NCBI GenBank assembly: GCA_903838415.1
Contig: CAILYI010000279.1
Span: 11,270-75,269, forward strand
Source of the DNA: an uncultured Anaerolineae bacterium
Lineage (GTDB): Bacteria; Chloroflexota; Anaerolineae; Anaerolineales; Villigracilaceae
Length of the DNA: 64,000 nt
Reading direction: 5' to 3'
The position numbers and the translations under genes are program-made. Below, piece after piece: positions 49,941-58,282 of the stretch (the stretch's first letter is position 1; each line of letters starts with the position of its first letter). The notes beneath the pieces are model-generated. The model worked only from the letters and a program-made list of their open reading frames with translations. It had not been told where the DNA came from and did no database searches.

Positions 49941-50318
49941 TTGTTTCGTGGCCCGGAATCGTTATTTCGGGGCGATGTTTCCTTGTTTCACGGGCATGAA
50001 TCTTTATTGCGGGCCAATGGTCCCTTGTTACGGAGTTCCGTTCCTTTGCTACGGGACTTCGTTCCTTTGTTACGGATACCCGTTTCCGACTGGCTCCGCC
50101 GAATTTCCCGATTTCCGCCGTGCTGTGGTTGACTTGCGCTGCAATGTTACTGACTTGCGGTGCAATGTTATTGACTTACGTCACGATGTTATTGACTTGT
50201 GCTGCGATGTTATTGACTTACGCCGTGATGTTCCTTTGTTACGGGGGCATGTTCCTTTGCTACGGAGTTCCGTTCCTTTCCTACGGAGCTACGTTCCTTG
50301 TTACGGAGTTATGTTCGC
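49941..50318. repeat. Array of ~18 tandem 21-bp units in two sequence families
   Basis: Manual phasing gives units starting at 49941, 49962, 49983 and so on to 50298. A-type units resemble TTGTTACGGAGTTCCGTTCCT. B-type units resemble TGACTTACGTCACGATGTTAT. Confidence 0.9.
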
Positions 50319-50433
50319 AAGATGATTGACGCAGAACTACCTTTTGGACGAGTTCAAGCCCGTTTTCTTCTCTCGATGTGGCTCTGCTAACCGGCTGGTT
50401 TTTGAGAAACGATGTGTTGGGTTGCTACTTGAA

Positions 50434-51500
50434 TTAACCAGTAGTTGCCATTATTTCATCAATATCATTATCCAAAAAACCTATCAATTTACCAACCTGC
50501 TTTACAAACATCTTTTCGGTAATGTGGAAAGTGCCATCGCGTTTTGCAAGCGTCACCATATCTACTAACAAACCAATCGCGTCATCAGGCGAGCTGGCAA
50601 ATGCTGAGTAATCTACGACAAACTTTCCGCTTTTATCTATTGCCTGCATCAGGTCTGCTCTTTCACTTTCCGTTAAATCCGCATTTCTTATTATGGTTTG
50701 GACATACTCGCGTTCTTCCGCTTTGATTGTGCCATCAACTTTCATTAGATTTACAAGCGTTTGCACCTTTGGCATATCAGGGCTAATGCTTTGAGTAGAC
50801 GCACGGCTAATGGTAGCGGTTGGGACAGATACGGATTCAGTTTCCAGCGGCATTTCTTCAATGACTTCTTCCGAAAGCACAATCTCTTTTTCAAAAATCT
50901 CAATGGCTTTTTTGCCAACTTGTCGCGTCAAGTAGTTTGACCAAACTGCCATCGCCGCCGCACCAACACCGGGAAGCCATTTGCTGATAGCCGATTTTAG
51001 GGCTTGTTGTGTAACCTTTCCTGCTAACATCGCGATAATTTGCTGAAATGCCCGTAAGGCAACACGCTTTACTAAAACTTTGCTACCCTGCATAACCAGC
51101 AATGAGCCTGCGCTTGACCCCATCGCAGTTATAAGAACACCGGCTAATAGTTCTTTGTTCAGAACTTTGCTTTTTCCATATGCCATGCCTACATCGTAAA
51201 TCAGCGCCAACTGATTACGAATGACAGCGGCATTTCGGGGATAACGGCAACCATGCCCCAAGGACCTGGCACAAGCCCTGCGCCGCCCGAAATAGCGGCA
51301 TTGGTGATGGAATACGAATTGATAATAGACGGAACAGATTTTTTGTCAGGGATTTCGTCAGGGTGTTTGGCAAAATGACCACTACGGTCAGAAACCACTA
51401 ACTCAAATACCCCCGTCATTTTTTCGGTAAGTTTGTTTTGTAGAGCGTTCTCAACTTCCTTGCTTTCACCATTGGTTTTTGCGTCATCTTGTTTTGTCAT
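50434..51500 (-). pseudogene. Frameshifted gene: N-terminal glycine-rich membrane-associated domain (EcsC/DUF697-like) plus C-terminal TerB-like domain
   Basis: Two overlapping ORFs (51201-51611 and 50434-51261) read as one protein if one base is restored near 51230-51240. The junction would read '...GPWGMVAVIPE | AAVIRNQLALIYDVGMAYGK...'. The C-terminal 'MKVDGTIKAEEREYVQTII' is TerB-like. Confidence 0.6.
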
Positions 51501-51833
51501 TCTATGTACTCCAATTTTAGTATGATAGTGCGGAATCAAGCGGCCCACTGAATTAAGGATTGATACGGCAGGATGGACAGAAGTCAGAAGAAGGACTCTG
51601 TGCGCCGCCAAAGGTAAGGCATTTTGCGGGGCATGGTTGGGCAGGAGGCCCGCCGTGGGTGCAATTTTGGTCAGGAAAAACTAAAAATTTAGGGGCAAAA
51701 TCACACAGCGTTTTACCAATAGAATTCCCGCGCTATGGGCGGCCTGTTGAGTCAGGCCGCCGGAGTTGATAAGAATAGTATAGCGAGTTTTTGGTTGGGT
51801 TGCAATCCTTTTTCGCAAATTTGGGCGGAATTT

Positions 51834-52421
51834 TCAGGGTTGATCCTGCCGCATCCAGCGTTTGACGGCTTCGGTGGGGTGCTGGTGCTGGTTCATGCGG
51901 GCCAGTAGTTCCTGCGGGGTTTCGGCCAGGCTGATCATTTCGCGGTGTTCGGGGTAGAGAAAGCCTTCTTTTTCGGCGTGCAGCACCATCGCCATGAGTG
52001 GGTCAAAGTAGCGGAGCACGTTCAACAGGCCGATCGGTTTTTCGTGTTCGCCAATCTGCGCCCAGGTGATGGTTTCGAATAACTCGTCGAAGGTGCCGAA
52101 GCCGCCGGGCAGGGCAATGTAGCCTTCGGCCAGTTCGTACATGCGCGCTTTGCGCTCGTGGATGGTGGGCAGCACCTCCAAAACCGTCAGCCCGAGGTGG
52201 GCCAGGGCCGGGGTGTTCATCGAGGTCACCAGCACGCCGGTCACTTCTCCGCCAGCCTCCAGTGTCCCATCGGCCACGGCGCCCATCACGCCAGTCTTGC
52301 CGCCACCGTAGATTAAACGGATACCGTTTTCTGCCAGGGTGCGCCCCATTTGACGGCCAGCCAGTTTATAGTCCGGGTGGATTTTTTCCGAAGCGCCACA
52401 GTAGATGCAAATTGATTTCAT
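51834..52421 (-). CDS. LOG-family (TIGR00730) nucleotide 5'-monophosphate nucleosidase
   Basis: Contains 'IYGGGKTGVMGAVA' and 'ALPGGFGTFDELFE'. Confidence 0.9.
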   Translation of the reverse strand: MKSICIYCGASEKIHPDYKLAGRQMGRTLAENGIRLIYGGGKTGVMGAVADGTLEAGGEVTGVLVTSMNTPALAHLGLTVLEVLPTIHERKARMYELAEGYIALPGGFGTFDELFETITWAQIGEHEKPIGLLNVLRYFDPLMAMVLHAEKEGFLYPEHREMISLAETPQELLARMNQHQHPTEAVKRWMRQDQP

Positions 52422-52579
52422 GTGTTATTCATCTTTCTGGATTATGATGTTTGGATGGGACGACTCCGCTCATCAGCGGCGGATTTTTCCACGAAACCGG
52501 CGTAATTTTGAGCGTGTGGGTCTATTCTACCCCGTGATTTGAATCAGGTTAGAGTTCCGTTAATCCCTCATCAAACGGC

Positions 52580-52609
52580 TTGACTCTCTTCTCCAAACAG
52601 ACATAGAAT
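52580..52609 (+). promoter_or_regulatory. Candidate promoter placing the transcription start at or near the dnaJ-like ATG (leaderless)
   Basis: TTGACT, an 18-nt spacer, then TAGAAT ending 6 nt before the ATG at 52616. No SD is visible. Confidence 0.4.
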
Positions 52610-52615
52610 GATGAT

Positions 52616-53533
52616 ATGGACTATAAAGATTACTATCAGATCCTGGGTGTCGCCCGTACCGCCAGCGCCGATGAAATCCGCGCTGCGTATCGCAAGTTGG
52701 CGTTAAAGTACCACCCCGATCGCAATCCCGGGGACAAGCAGGCTGAAGACAAGTTCAAAGAAATGAATGAGGCTTACCAGGTGCTCTCGGATCCGCAAAA
52801 ACGCGCCCGCTACGATCAACTGGGCAGCGACTATACCAACTATCAGCGCGGCGGCGGCCAGCCGGGTGGTTTCGATTGGAACAAGTGGTATACGAGCGGC
52901 GGCGCGGGCGGTCAGCAGGTCAATTTTGATGATTTGTTTGGCGGCGGCGCGGGCGCGAGCGGCGGCGGTGGTTTCTCTGACTTTTTCAGCGCGATATTTG
53001 GAGGGATGGGCGGGATGGCTGGCGGCGAGGCCCGGAATCGGCGCGCGCCCCAATACGAACAACCCGTCTCGATTTCGCTGCAAGAGGCCTATGCGGGCGC
53101 TGCCCGTCTGCTCGAAACCGGGGAGCGGCGCTTGCATGTGACGATTCCGGCGGGCGCGAAAACCGGCACCAAAGTCCGCATGGCGGGCGGCGCGCCGGAT
53201 GGCTCTGATTTGTATCTGAAAGTTACCGTGCAGGACGATGCGCGTTTTGAGCGCGACGGCGCCGACCTGTACGCCCCCGTCAGCGTGGATGTGTTTACGG
53301 CCCTGCTGGGCGGCGAAGTGGAAGTGCCCACCCTGGGCGGGCGCGTGAAATTGACCATCCCCGCCGGTACCCAGTCCGACCAGAAGATCCGCTTGGCGGG
53401 ACGCGGCATGCCCCACCTGAAAAATCCGCAGTTGAAGGGTGATTTGTTTGTGCAGGTCAAAGTGCGTATTCCCAAAAGCTTGAGCGCTGAGCAAAAGTCG
53501 CTGTTACAAAAAGCCCGCGAGTTCGAAAAATGA
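52616..53533 (+). CDS. cbpA: J-domain co-chaperone, CbpA-like (class II: J domain, G/F region, no zinc-finger domain)
   Basis: 'DYYQILGV...[10 protein letters not shown]' followed by a Gly-rich linker and C-terminal substrate-binding domains. No CxxCxGxG repeats. Confidence 0.88.
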   Translation: MDYKDYYQILGVARTASADEIRAAYRKLALKYHPDRNPGDKQAEDKFKEMNEAYQVLSDPQKRARYDQLGSDYTNYQRGGGQPGGFDWNKWYTSGGAGGQQVNFDDLFGGGAGASGGGGFSDFFSAIFGGMGGMAGGEARNRRAPQYEQPVSISLQEAYAGAARLLETGERRLHVTIPAGAKTGTKVRMAGGAPDGSDLYLKVTVQDDARFERDGADLYAPVSVDVFTALLGGEVEVPTLGGRVKLTIPAGTQSDQKIRLAGRGMPHLKNPQLKGDLFVQVKVRIPKSLSAEQKSLLQKAREFEK

Positions 53534-53558
53534 TTTCGAAAGAAAGCCAGGAGAGAAA

Positions 53559-54716
53559 ATGAAAAAGAATGTTCGTTTATTGGTGGCAATTACTGCTCTA
53601 ATCTTCGCTTCGTTAGCCTGCCAGGTACTTCAACCGGTCACCGTCGCCACGCCACAGGTGGCGATTCCAACCGTTGCGGTGCCCACCGCGGCCCCGGTCG
53701 TGGTGGCATCGGAGAGTCTCAGCCAGCAGGATACGTTGATTTCCATTTATCGGAAGGTCTCGCCCGGCATCGTTGCCATCCAGGTACTGACGGATCAGGG
53801 CGGCAGCCTGGGCACCGGCTTCGTTTTCGATGACCAGGGTCATATTGTGACCAATTATCACGTCGTTGAAGGCGAGAAGAAGATCGAGGTCGATTTCACT
53901 TCCGGCTACAAGGCCTATGGCAAGGTGGTCGGCACCGATCTGGATTCGGACCTGGCGGTCATTAAAGTGGATGCGCCCGCCAGCGAAATCCACCCGCTGC
54001 TGTTGGGCGATTCCAGCCAGCTGCAGGTGGGTCAATCTGTGGTGGCGATTGGCAATCCCTTCGGTTTGAGCGGCACCATGACATTGGGGATTGTCTCAGC
54101 CTTGGGACGCAGCCTGCCCTCCAACCGCGAATCCCCCGGCGGCGGCTTCTTCAGCGCTGGCGATCTGATCCAGACGGATGCCTCCATCAATCCCGGCAAC
54201 TCGGGCGGGCCGCTCTTGAATTTGAGTGGTGAAGTGGTCGGCATCAACCGCGCCATTCGCACCGACGCCTCCAATACCACCGGCGAGCCGGTCAATTCAG
54301 GCATCGGCTTTTCGATTGCGATCAACATCGTCAAGCGCGTGGTGCCGGTCATTATCGCCAATGGAAAATATGATTACCCCTACATGGGCCTCGGCTCCGC
54401 ATCAGATTTGAGCCTGGATGAGATCACCGCCCTTGGCCTGCCGCAGTTCACCGGCGCGTATGTGACCAATGTCACGCCCGGCGGCCCGGCTGAAATAGCC
54501 GGTCTCGTTGCCGGGACAAAGGATGTGGGCCTGCAGGGTAACCTGTTCGGCGGCGGCGACTTAATCATTGCGATGGACGGCAATTCCATCAAGAACTTTG
54601 ACGATTTGATCGGCTACCTGGTGGATAACAAGTCTCCCGGCGATACCGTGCTGCTGACGATCATCCGCGATGGCAACAAGATCGACCTGCCGCTGGTACT
54701 GGTCAGCCGTCCGTAA
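53559..54716 (+). CDS. htrA: HtrA/DegP-family serine protease with one PDZ domain
   Basis: Triad contexts 'TNYHVV', 'DSDLAVIKV' and 'GNSGGPLLN'. An N-terminal signal/anchor is present. Confidence 0.9.
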   Translation: MKKNVRLLVAITALIFASLACQVLQPVTVATPQVAIPTVAVPTAAPVVVASESLSQQDTLISIYRKVSPGIVAIQVLTDQGGSLGTGFVFDDQGHIVTNYHVVEGEKKIEVDFTSGYKAYGKVVGTDLDSDLAVIKVDAPASEIHPLLLGDSSQLQVGQSVVAIGNPFGLSGTMTLGIVSALGRSLPSNRESPGGGFFSAGDLIQTDASINPGNSGGPLLNLSGEVVGINRAIRTDASNTTGEPVNSGIGFSIAINIVKRVVPVIIANGKYDYPYMGLGSASDLSLDEITALGLPQFTGAYVTNVTPGGPAEIAGLVAGTKDVGLQGNLFGGGDLIIAMDGNSIKNFDDLIGYLVDNKSPGDTVLLTIIRDGNKIDLPLVLVSRP

Positions 54717-54729
54717 GCGAGCTGAAAAC

Positions 54730-54769
54730 AAAAAATGGTGGCGTACAATTTTGTGCGCCACCATTTTTT
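54730..54769. terminator. Bidirectional intrinsic terminator
   Basis: aaaaaaTGGTGGCGTACAA-tt-TTGTGCGCCACCAtttttt, lying between convergent genes. Confidence 0.85.
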
Positions 54770-54782
54770 GTTCGCTGAACAC

Positions 54783-55424
54783 TTACGAGTACCGTTCCTC
54801 TTTCCACACATCCGCCCGGTTGTGATAACCGGCCTGCTCCCAGAAACCGCGCCGGTCGGCGGGCATGAATTCCAGGCTGCGCAGCCATTTGGCGCCTTTC
54901 CAAAGATAGGGCGTCTCCATGTCGGCTTTCGCCGGGAGATGTCCCACCACGCCGCGCAGGGGATAACCGTGGTCAAGGTCAAGCGGCTGGCCATCGAAGT
55001 GCGTCGCCAGCAGGAAATTCTCCTGTAAAACGACTTCGAGCGGTAAATTGACGGTAAAGCCATGTTCGGCGTGCTGCATCACATATTTGGCAGTCGGCTT
55101 GAGCTTGAACAGGCCCGCATCCAGCAGCGTTTTGACCGAGACACCTTCCCAGAGCGTGTCGAACTTGCTCCATTTGGTCACGCAATGGATATCCATGACC
55201 AGTTTGGTGCGCGGCAGCTGGTTAAACTCATCCCAGCTCCAGCGTTTTTCCTGCTCAACTTCGCCCCAGATGCGCAAATCCCAGGTGGCGGCGTTGAACG
55301 CTGGCACCGGTCCATAATGCAGCACGGGGAATTTCAGGGTCAGTGACTGACCAGGGGGCAGGCGTCCGGCACTGCGGACGCGTTCTTCTTCCTTCCGGCG
55401 GTCGGGACCTTCAAACATAAACAT
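54783..55424 (-). CDS. Small sulfite-oxidase-family molybdopterin oxidoreductase (YuiH-like)
   Basis: 'DIHCVTKWSK' gives the Mo-ligand Cys context. 'GYPLRGVVGHL' and 'YLWKGAKWL' are also present. Confidence 0.82.
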   Translation of the reverse strand: MFMFEGPDRRKEEERVRSAGRLPPGQSLTLKFPVLHYGPVPAFNAATWDLRIWGEVEQEKRWSWDEFNQLPRTKLVMDIHCVTKWSKFDTLWEGVSVKTLLDAGLFKLKPTAKYVMQHAEHGFTVNLPLEVVLQENFLLATHFDGQPLDLDHGYPLRGVVGHLPAKADMETPYLWKGAKWLRSLEFMPADRRGFWEQAGYHNRADVWKEERYS

Positions 55425-55537
55425 AGTGGACTCCTCCTGTCGGATTTGATTATATCAATTTTGGCGTTTAAATCCTTACAGCAGGATTAGTCCTGTGTAA
55501 GAATTTTATTTACGTAGCAAGGGCGAGCCCCTATCGA

Positions 55538-57262
55538 TTAAAATCCCAATTCCTTCAACAGGTCTCCTTCGCTGTGATTACCCTTGTTTCCGAGCAAATC
55601 GCGCCAGAACTGGTCATCATAACGGCGCGAGCGCACCGGCAGCGGCATGGGCACGCCCCAGCCCAGCAGCAGCACTTCCTCCTTGGGCTGCAGCCGCGCC
55701 AGCATCCCGCGGATGGCTTCGCGCCCCGAAAGACCCGAAAGCGCGGCCTGGATGTCATCGTCATCGCCCAGCCAGCCGCTGATGCGCGTGCCGAGTTGCG
55801 ACATGACCTCGTCATAAATTTGCGAGGGGCGCTGATCCACGATCAACAGCGTCACGTAATATTTGCGCAGTTCGCGCGCGATGGTGGCAAAGGTGGTCTG
55901 AGCGGCCATTTCGCGGTTGAGCAGTTTGTGGGCTTCCTCCACCACGATCACCAGCGGGCGCGGTTCGCGCGTGCCATGTCCGCGGAATTCGTTGGTGCGC
56001 TTTTCCCAGGCGTCGCGGATGTGGCGCGTCAGCAGGTTGGAGACCAGCAGGTCATCCAGGTCGCTTTCAAAATCGCCAAACGACAACACCACATGCTGCC
56101 CGGCTTCCAGCGCCTTGATGATCTCGGCGATGCTGTCGGTGGCGGGCTTTTCGACGATGTAGGGCTTGCCGAACAGGCGGCGCAGTTTGTCGTGCAGGGC
56201 CTCGGCGGCCATCACGTTCACGCCACTCCCATCCGCCCAGGCCGCCACACTCTCGGGATGCGGCACTTTCTTGATTTTGCCCGTCTTCTCGTCTTCCACT
56301 TCCATTTCTTCGCGGTTCATGGCCTTGAAACGCGCGAACCAGTCGCTTTTGAACGAGGTGTACAGCGCGTTGAGCGTGGTGGGCGTGGTGTCCTTCAGGT
56401 TCAGCTCGCGCGCCAGCATTTCCACGTCCGCCGCGGAGATATCGCGCATGGCAATTTCGAGATTGAAATCGGGCACCTGGCTGTGGCGGATTCTGGCTCC
56501 CGCGCCCAATCCAACCACGCGCACTTTACTCTGGAATTTGGTCTTTAATCCGATTACGGGCATTTTCGTGTCTGACGCCACGTCGTCGAAGCCGTACTCG
56601 TTGTGCATATCCAGCACCAGCACCGAGGCCTTGTTGTAATGCATCAACCCGGCCAGTACCAGCCGCGTCAGGAAGGATTTGCCTGTGCCGGTAGCGCCAA
56701 ACACACCCGAGGAGCGCTGCACAAACCGATCCAGGTTGATGCAGACGGGATGTCCCTGCTCGCGGGTGTAGCCGATGACGAAGTTGCCTTCCTTTTCCGG
56801 GTCGCCGAAAATGGCGGCGATATCGGTCTGGTCGGCCAGGGAGACGGGGGCGTGGTGCAGCGGCACGGTCTTGACCGGGATGGGGCGCGGGTCTTCGGGG
56901 TGAGCGGCCCGCCAGAGTTTGTAGTCGGGAGTGCCCGGTTCGGGGCCGCGTTCCAGCATCAGCGCGGGCAGGATTTCCAGGTTGGTGTAGAGTGTCTGCC
57001 CGTGCAGGGCTTTGGCCAGGGCGGGTGGCAGGCGCGTCTCGGATTGTTCATCCGCGAAGCGCGGGTCGGTCGCTCCCAGCTTCAGGTCGGTGACCAGGCC
57101 GTAGAAACGGTAGTCGCCGCTGTCGATGACGACAAAGCCGCCCTCCTGCACGTCGAGCGGATCCACCGTCAGGCGCGCCGAGAACGACTCTTTCAATCCA
57201 CCGCCGACGATGTAGCCGATTTTGGATTGCTGATTTTCGATTTTTGATTGTTGATTGGCCAT
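55538..57262 (-). CDS. herA: HerA/DUF87-family (FtsK-HerA superfamily) ATPase
   Basis: N-terminal HAS-barrel-like 'IGYIVGGGL...GGFVVIDSGDYRFYGLVTDLKL'. Walker A 'GATGTGKS', Walker B 'LVIVVEEAHKLL' and 'TLLIVDQRPSQI'. Confidence 0.85.
   Translation of the reverse strand: MANQQSKIENQQSKIGYIVGGGLKESFSARLTVDPLDVQEGGFVVIDSGDYRFYGLVTDLKLGATDPRFADEQSETRLPPALAKALHGQTLYTNLEILPALMLERGPEPGTPDYKLWRAAHPEDPRPIPVKTVPLHHAPVSLADQTDIAAIFGDPEKEGNFVIGYTREQGHPVCINLDRFVQRSSGVFGATGTGKSFLTRLVLAGLMHYNKASVLVLDMHNEYGFDDVASDTKMPVIGLKTKFQSKVRVVGLGAGARIRHSQVPDFNLEIAMRDISAADVEMLARELNLKDTTPTTLNALYTSFKSDWFARFKAMNREEMEVEDEKTGKIKKVPHPESVAAWADGSGVNVMAAEALHDKLRRLFGKPYIVEKPATDSIAEIIKALEAGQHVVLSFGDFESDLDDLLVSNLLTRHIRDAWEKRTNEFRGHGTREPRPLVIVVEEAHKLLNREMAAQTTFATIARELRKYYVTLLIVDQRPSQIYDEVMSQLGTRISGWLGDDDDIQAALSGLSGREAIRGMLARLQPKEEVLLLGWGVPMPLPVRSRRYDDQFWRDLLGNKGNHSEGDLLKELGF
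57218..57259. repeat. Six tandem heptanucleotides (GATTNNN on the + strand) covering codons 2-15 of herA
   Basis: GATTTTG GATTGCT GATTTTC GATTTTT GATTGTT GATTGGC. On the coding strand this encodes 'NQQSKIENQQSKIG'. Confidence 0.85.
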
Positions 57263-57272
57263 CTTGTCCTCG

Positions 57273-57629
57273 TTATTTCATATTGGCGCGCGCCGTTTTG
57301 ATGGACGCCGTAAAAATGGCGACCAACTCATCGGCTTCTTTGAGTAAATCTTTCAGTTTTTCCGCCGGGAAAATCCCTGCTTCTTGCAGCAATTCCATCC
57401 AATAAAGACATTCGTCAGCTTCTTCGAGCGAGATGCCCGCTTTGGCGACAAAATCGGCTTTTGATTTTCCCCGACAGGCAGCGCGATAATTTGCGCCTAC
57501 CGATATGCCAGCCCGCAAAAGTTGATGCCCGATGGTTTTGGCAGTGGTTGTGTTTGGCAAAGCTTCAACCAGCCGGATGACCCGCAAGCTGAACTGTTTG
57601 GTCCGCAGTTTTAATTCTTCCTCGTTCAT
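57273..57629 (-). CDS. Four-helix-bundle protein (23S rRNA intervening-sequence / Avd-like family)
   Basis: The pattern 'FSLRVIRLVEALP...IGHQLLRAGISVGANYRAA.RGKSKADF..K..I.LEEADE..YW..L' is characteristic of the TIGR02436/PF05635 family. Confidence 0.85.
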   Translation of the reverse strand: MNEEELKLRTKQFSLRVIRLVEALPNTTTAKTIGHQLLRAGISVGANYRAACRGKSKADFVAKAGISLEEADECLYWMELLQEAGIFPAEKLKDLLKEADELVAIFTASIKTARANMK

Positions 57630-57652
57630 CGCAGACTCCCGTGCTATCCCAC

Positions 57653-57687
57653 AATCGAAAATCGGAAATCAAAAATCTCCAATCAGA
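57653..57687. repeat. Five tandem heptanucleotides (AATCNNN on the + strand), inverted relative to 57218-57259
   Basis: AATCGAA AATCGGA AATCAAA AATCTCC AATCAGA. The array overlaps the stop codon of the 196-aa gene. Confidence 0.85.
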
Positions 57688-58273
57688 GCACTTCTCCAAG
57701 CGCGCCTAAAACGCTCATCAGCGTGGGATAGTCATCCCGCAGCAGGGTGATCAACTCTTGCGTGGCTTTTTCCTTCCATTGGGGGTTTTGCGCGGCCCCC
57801 GCTTGCTGGATGTGCGCCGCCAGGATTTCGCCAATCGGTATATCCTGGGCGCGGAGGATGTGACGGAAGTAGCCGAAGCGACCGGCGGTGGTGAAGCGTT
57901 TCAGGTCGGCGTTATCGCACAGGTAGATCACATCCAAACTCAGCGGCGGACGTGGCGGCAGGAGATGGAAGATTTTGCCGTCAAGTTCGTAGCCGACCGC
58001 GAGCACTGACATTTCCACCGGCACGATGCGGCGTTCACGGTTGTCCTTCATCACTTCGTTGGTGACGTTGTCGGCGGTGACCAACTGGCGTACCAGCCCG
58101 TCATCGTCGATGTGGATGTCGTAGATCAGGCCGTAGACCTGGTAGTCGTTGCCCAGCGGGGCGCGGACCAGCGCGCCAAAGGCCGGGGTTTCAAATTGCG
58201 AAACGGAGCACCCGGCGATGAAGCCGGTTGTCCCGGCGCGCAGCAAACGTCCAATTTCAATTGATGACATCAT
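57683..58273 (-). CDS. Hypothetical 196-aa protein whose N-terminus is a HAS-barrel paralog of the HerA N-terminus
   Basis: 'IGRLLRAGTTGFIAG...GALVRAPLGNDYQVYGLIYDIHI' aligns with HerA 'IGYIVGGGLKESFSA...GGFVVIDSGDYRFYGLVTDLKL'. No ATPase motifs. Confidence 0.7.
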   Translation of the reverse strand: MMSSIEIGRLLRAGTTGFIAGCSVSQFETPAFGALVRAPLGNDYQVYGLIYDIHIDDDGLVRQLVTADNVTNEVMKDNRERRIVPVEMSVLAVGYELDGKIFHLLPPRPPLSLDVIYLCDNADLKRFTTAGRFGYFRHILRAQDIPIGEILAAHIQQAGAAQNPQWKEKATQELITLLRDDYPTLMSVLGALGEVL

Positions 58274-58282
58274 GCCTCCACT

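Noticed and set aside
49941-50318. CRISPR array
   Set aside because: The units are contiguous 21-mers without unique spacers. There is no repeat-spacer alternation and no cas genes in the window.
49941-50329. Three + strand ORFs (49941-50132, 49948-50325, 50120-50329) spanning the 21-bp repeat array, considered as heptad-repeat proteins
   Set aside because: The same heptapeptide appears in different frames in different blocks. Starts are non-ATG with poor SD spacing. Compositions are implausible (Cys/Tyr/Leu repeats). Openness of the frames is a by-product of the repeat.
50326-50568. 80-aa + strand ORF next to the repeat array
   Set aside because: It overlaps the 3' end of the TerB-like gene on the opposite strand. 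It has no SD and a low-complexity translation.
57273-57629. Diversity-generating retroelement, since four-helix-bundle Avd-like proteins accompany DGRs
   Set aside because: No reverse transcriptase, template/variable repeat pair or adenine-biased mismatched repeats are visible anywhere in the window.
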